Below are positions 62,101 to 64,000 of a DNA stretch of 64,000 bases, one piece after another. The stretch is from Diadema antillarum (taxonomy: Eukaryota). Both the position numbers and the translations under genes were made by a program. The DNA lies in contig NW_027270973.1 in the NCBI RefSeq assembly GCF_040938485.1, positions 186,001 through 250,000 on the forward strand, read 5' to 3'. Under the pieces are notes generated by a model. That model saw only the letters and a program-made list of their open reading frames with translations. It did not search any database and was not told where the DNA came from. Position 1 is the stretch's first letter; each line of letters opens with the position of its first letter.

Positions 62101-63139
62101 CGTCGTGATGTTTTCATCGCAACTGATCGACGCATATAAGCACTGAACATTGCTGAATTGCTGCTTCTTTTTAAAATGTATTTATCAGTATCTCCCACAA
62201 AGTGATGCCTATATGTTGTTGTCGTAAAATGAAATAAAAATTGTATTGAATTGACTATATATCATTGTCTCAGGAATAGGACTTTATCCCAAATTAGTGT
62301 GAAACGATCGACGTTTGAGGGATTGGGAGACATTAGTAGAACGTGGAACAGGTCAGACCTCTTTAGAACTTCCCTTTTTACTGTATTAACAGTGGCCTAC
62401 TCAATCACTTCCTCTTCATAACTTAAACGACTGAAACTCCAGAGAGAGGTGGCTATTCAGGTTTATTTTTGAACTTTTTTATAGCGTCTGCAGATAAATG
62501 ACAAATTTACTCAAAGAGCCTTTGTTGTGATGTGCAGCTATAATTGGTTCATGAAATTATGATGTTAGACATATTTCCTTGATTAAAAGATGCATTTCAA
62601 CGAATCTGAGTCCCCGAAAGTTGTTAACATGACAACAACATTTTAGATACATCAGCCGAGTTGGTAATAATTTGTAAACTTTAACTTAGCGCCTAAATAT
62701 GCTTGTAATGGGCAGAACTGTATTAATAGAGTATCCACACCTCAGGATGTTTATATCGGTAAATTTTTACGGCGATGTCAGCGTCCTCTTCCTTGTTCTC
62801 TTTCTCTTGTTGCACGAGTTATTTTTCCCCTGGTGTCAAAGATTTAATTGCTGTATCATTCTTTAAAGAAATAATTCCCACAAAGTTTACTCATTCCCAC
62901 AAATACCAATTAAAGAATCACATTTCACAAGACATGTACCATAATTTAGTAAGACCATCTGTTTCACTATCCTGAGTAGCTCTCAACCGACGTGTTTTCT
63001 TTTTCTATTCTTCAGTCTGTTAACTGCCCATTGCAAGCATAAACTTCAATAATGTTTGGATATACCTTTTGTGTGTTAGAAAAAAATGACTGTATATCAT
63101 TTTTATTTTGTACCATTATGCTCAATGCAGAAAATTCCG

Positions 63140-63245
63140 AATAAATTGAATTGCATTGAACTGAATTGAATTGAAATGAATTAAATTGAGATGAATTGAA
63201 TTGAAATGAATTAAAATTAATTGAAATGAATTAAATGAATTGAAT
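63140..63245 (+). repeat. (GAATT)n tract, probably a LINE 3' tail
   Basis: AATAAA followed by degenerate GAATT repeats, as in the LINE end at 4380-4403. Confidence 0.6.
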
Positions 63246-63823
63246 TATTGATATCTAATAACTTGGAAGCGAAAATCTAGCATTCGTTACAGTTAGCAGA
63301 AGCAAGAAAGTGCAATGGGCCTAAAAAAAGACTCGGACTGATAGGATGCTCTTTTTTCTCTTTTTGTTTATTGTTTGAATGATATTCCTTTGCTTGATTA
63401 TCGTGTGTGTTATTGGGCAAGATCGGGGGGGGGGGGGGAGTCTTCCAGAATTGCGGTACGTATAGTGTATGTATTCAAATCAACAATGAAGGATGTTATA
63501 TTGGACGAGAAAATAATGAAAGCATCCCATCGAAGTTTACACAAATTGTGATCTCCTTAAATGAACCACCAAAATTAGATTTATTGAGGCCGGTTTTAAA
63601 GCATTCATAGAAAAATATGTATATAGTGAACATAAATTTACACAAATCTATTAAGATGCGCTTCATTACTTAGTCCTTTATTACGAATCCAAACATTTTA
63701 CACCCTGCTTCCCACCAACCTCTCTTTTTATCTTGATAAATGCTAGTATTATATTTCTTGTTGTACTCGTATGCTTTTTGTTTTATTTCGTTTGAATCTT
63801 TTGCTATTAGACAAACAGACACC

Positions 63824-64000
63824 ATGACAACGTTTCATCAAATCAGCAGCGAGAATCTGGAGTGTCCTATCTGTCTGACACTTTTCAACCAACCTAAATC
63901 ACTGACATGTTCTCATATCTTCTGCAAAGACTGTTTGGAACGTATCTCTCAAACTCAGACAAGCCAACAAGCTATAACATGCCCTGTATGCAGGAAAGAA
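63824..64000 (+). CDS. Second TRIM paralog, RING domain only (runs off the window)
   Basis: MTTFHQISSENLECPICLTLFNQPKSLTCSHIFCKDCLERISQTQTSQQAITCPVCRKE; acceptor AG at 63809-63810. Confidence 0.8.
   Translation, partial: MTTFHQISSENLECPICLTLFNQPKSLTCSHIFCKDCLERISQTQTSQQAITCPVCRKE

Larger units (their letters stand above)
61025..64000 (+). repeat. Segmental duplicate of about 40590-43560 (TRIM upstream region and 5' CDS)
   Basis: e.g. TTCTGGCGTGAATTTACCCAGGACCAC at 40602 and 61040; colinear up to the TRIM ATG. Confidence 0.85.

Overview
AT-rich animal genomic DNA, most likely a sea urchin (inferred from the genes), with five short N-gaps. The left 38 kb holds a tandem cluster of two-exon PRD-class Q50 homeobox genes that I recognise as pmar1/micro1-family repressors. 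Each has a phase-0 intron at homeodomain codon 46/47 and two MSVDFLSRSSR eh1-like motifs. Four copies have intact ORFs: type A at 7387, 23654 and 36623, and type B at 27697. One type B copy (11039) is a pseudogene, and there are three decayed exon-1 stubs of a third subtype (C). The copies are arranged as a repeated C-A-B unit. Copy A3 carries R53C in the recognition helix, and the repressor tail looks homogenised between types A and B. The right part contains a RING/B-box/coiled-coil/beta-propeller TRIM gene broken by a 4.7 kb nested insertion and a stop codon, plus the start of a second TRIM copy in a segmental duplicate. Mobile elements are abundant: a 7.8 kb Sola1-like transposon, an L2/Crack-type LINE, many MITEs and foldbacks, and a Penelope-like element carrying a minimal hammerhead ribozyme and split by a 2.2 kb hAT element. 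All calls are by eye; no database searches were run.
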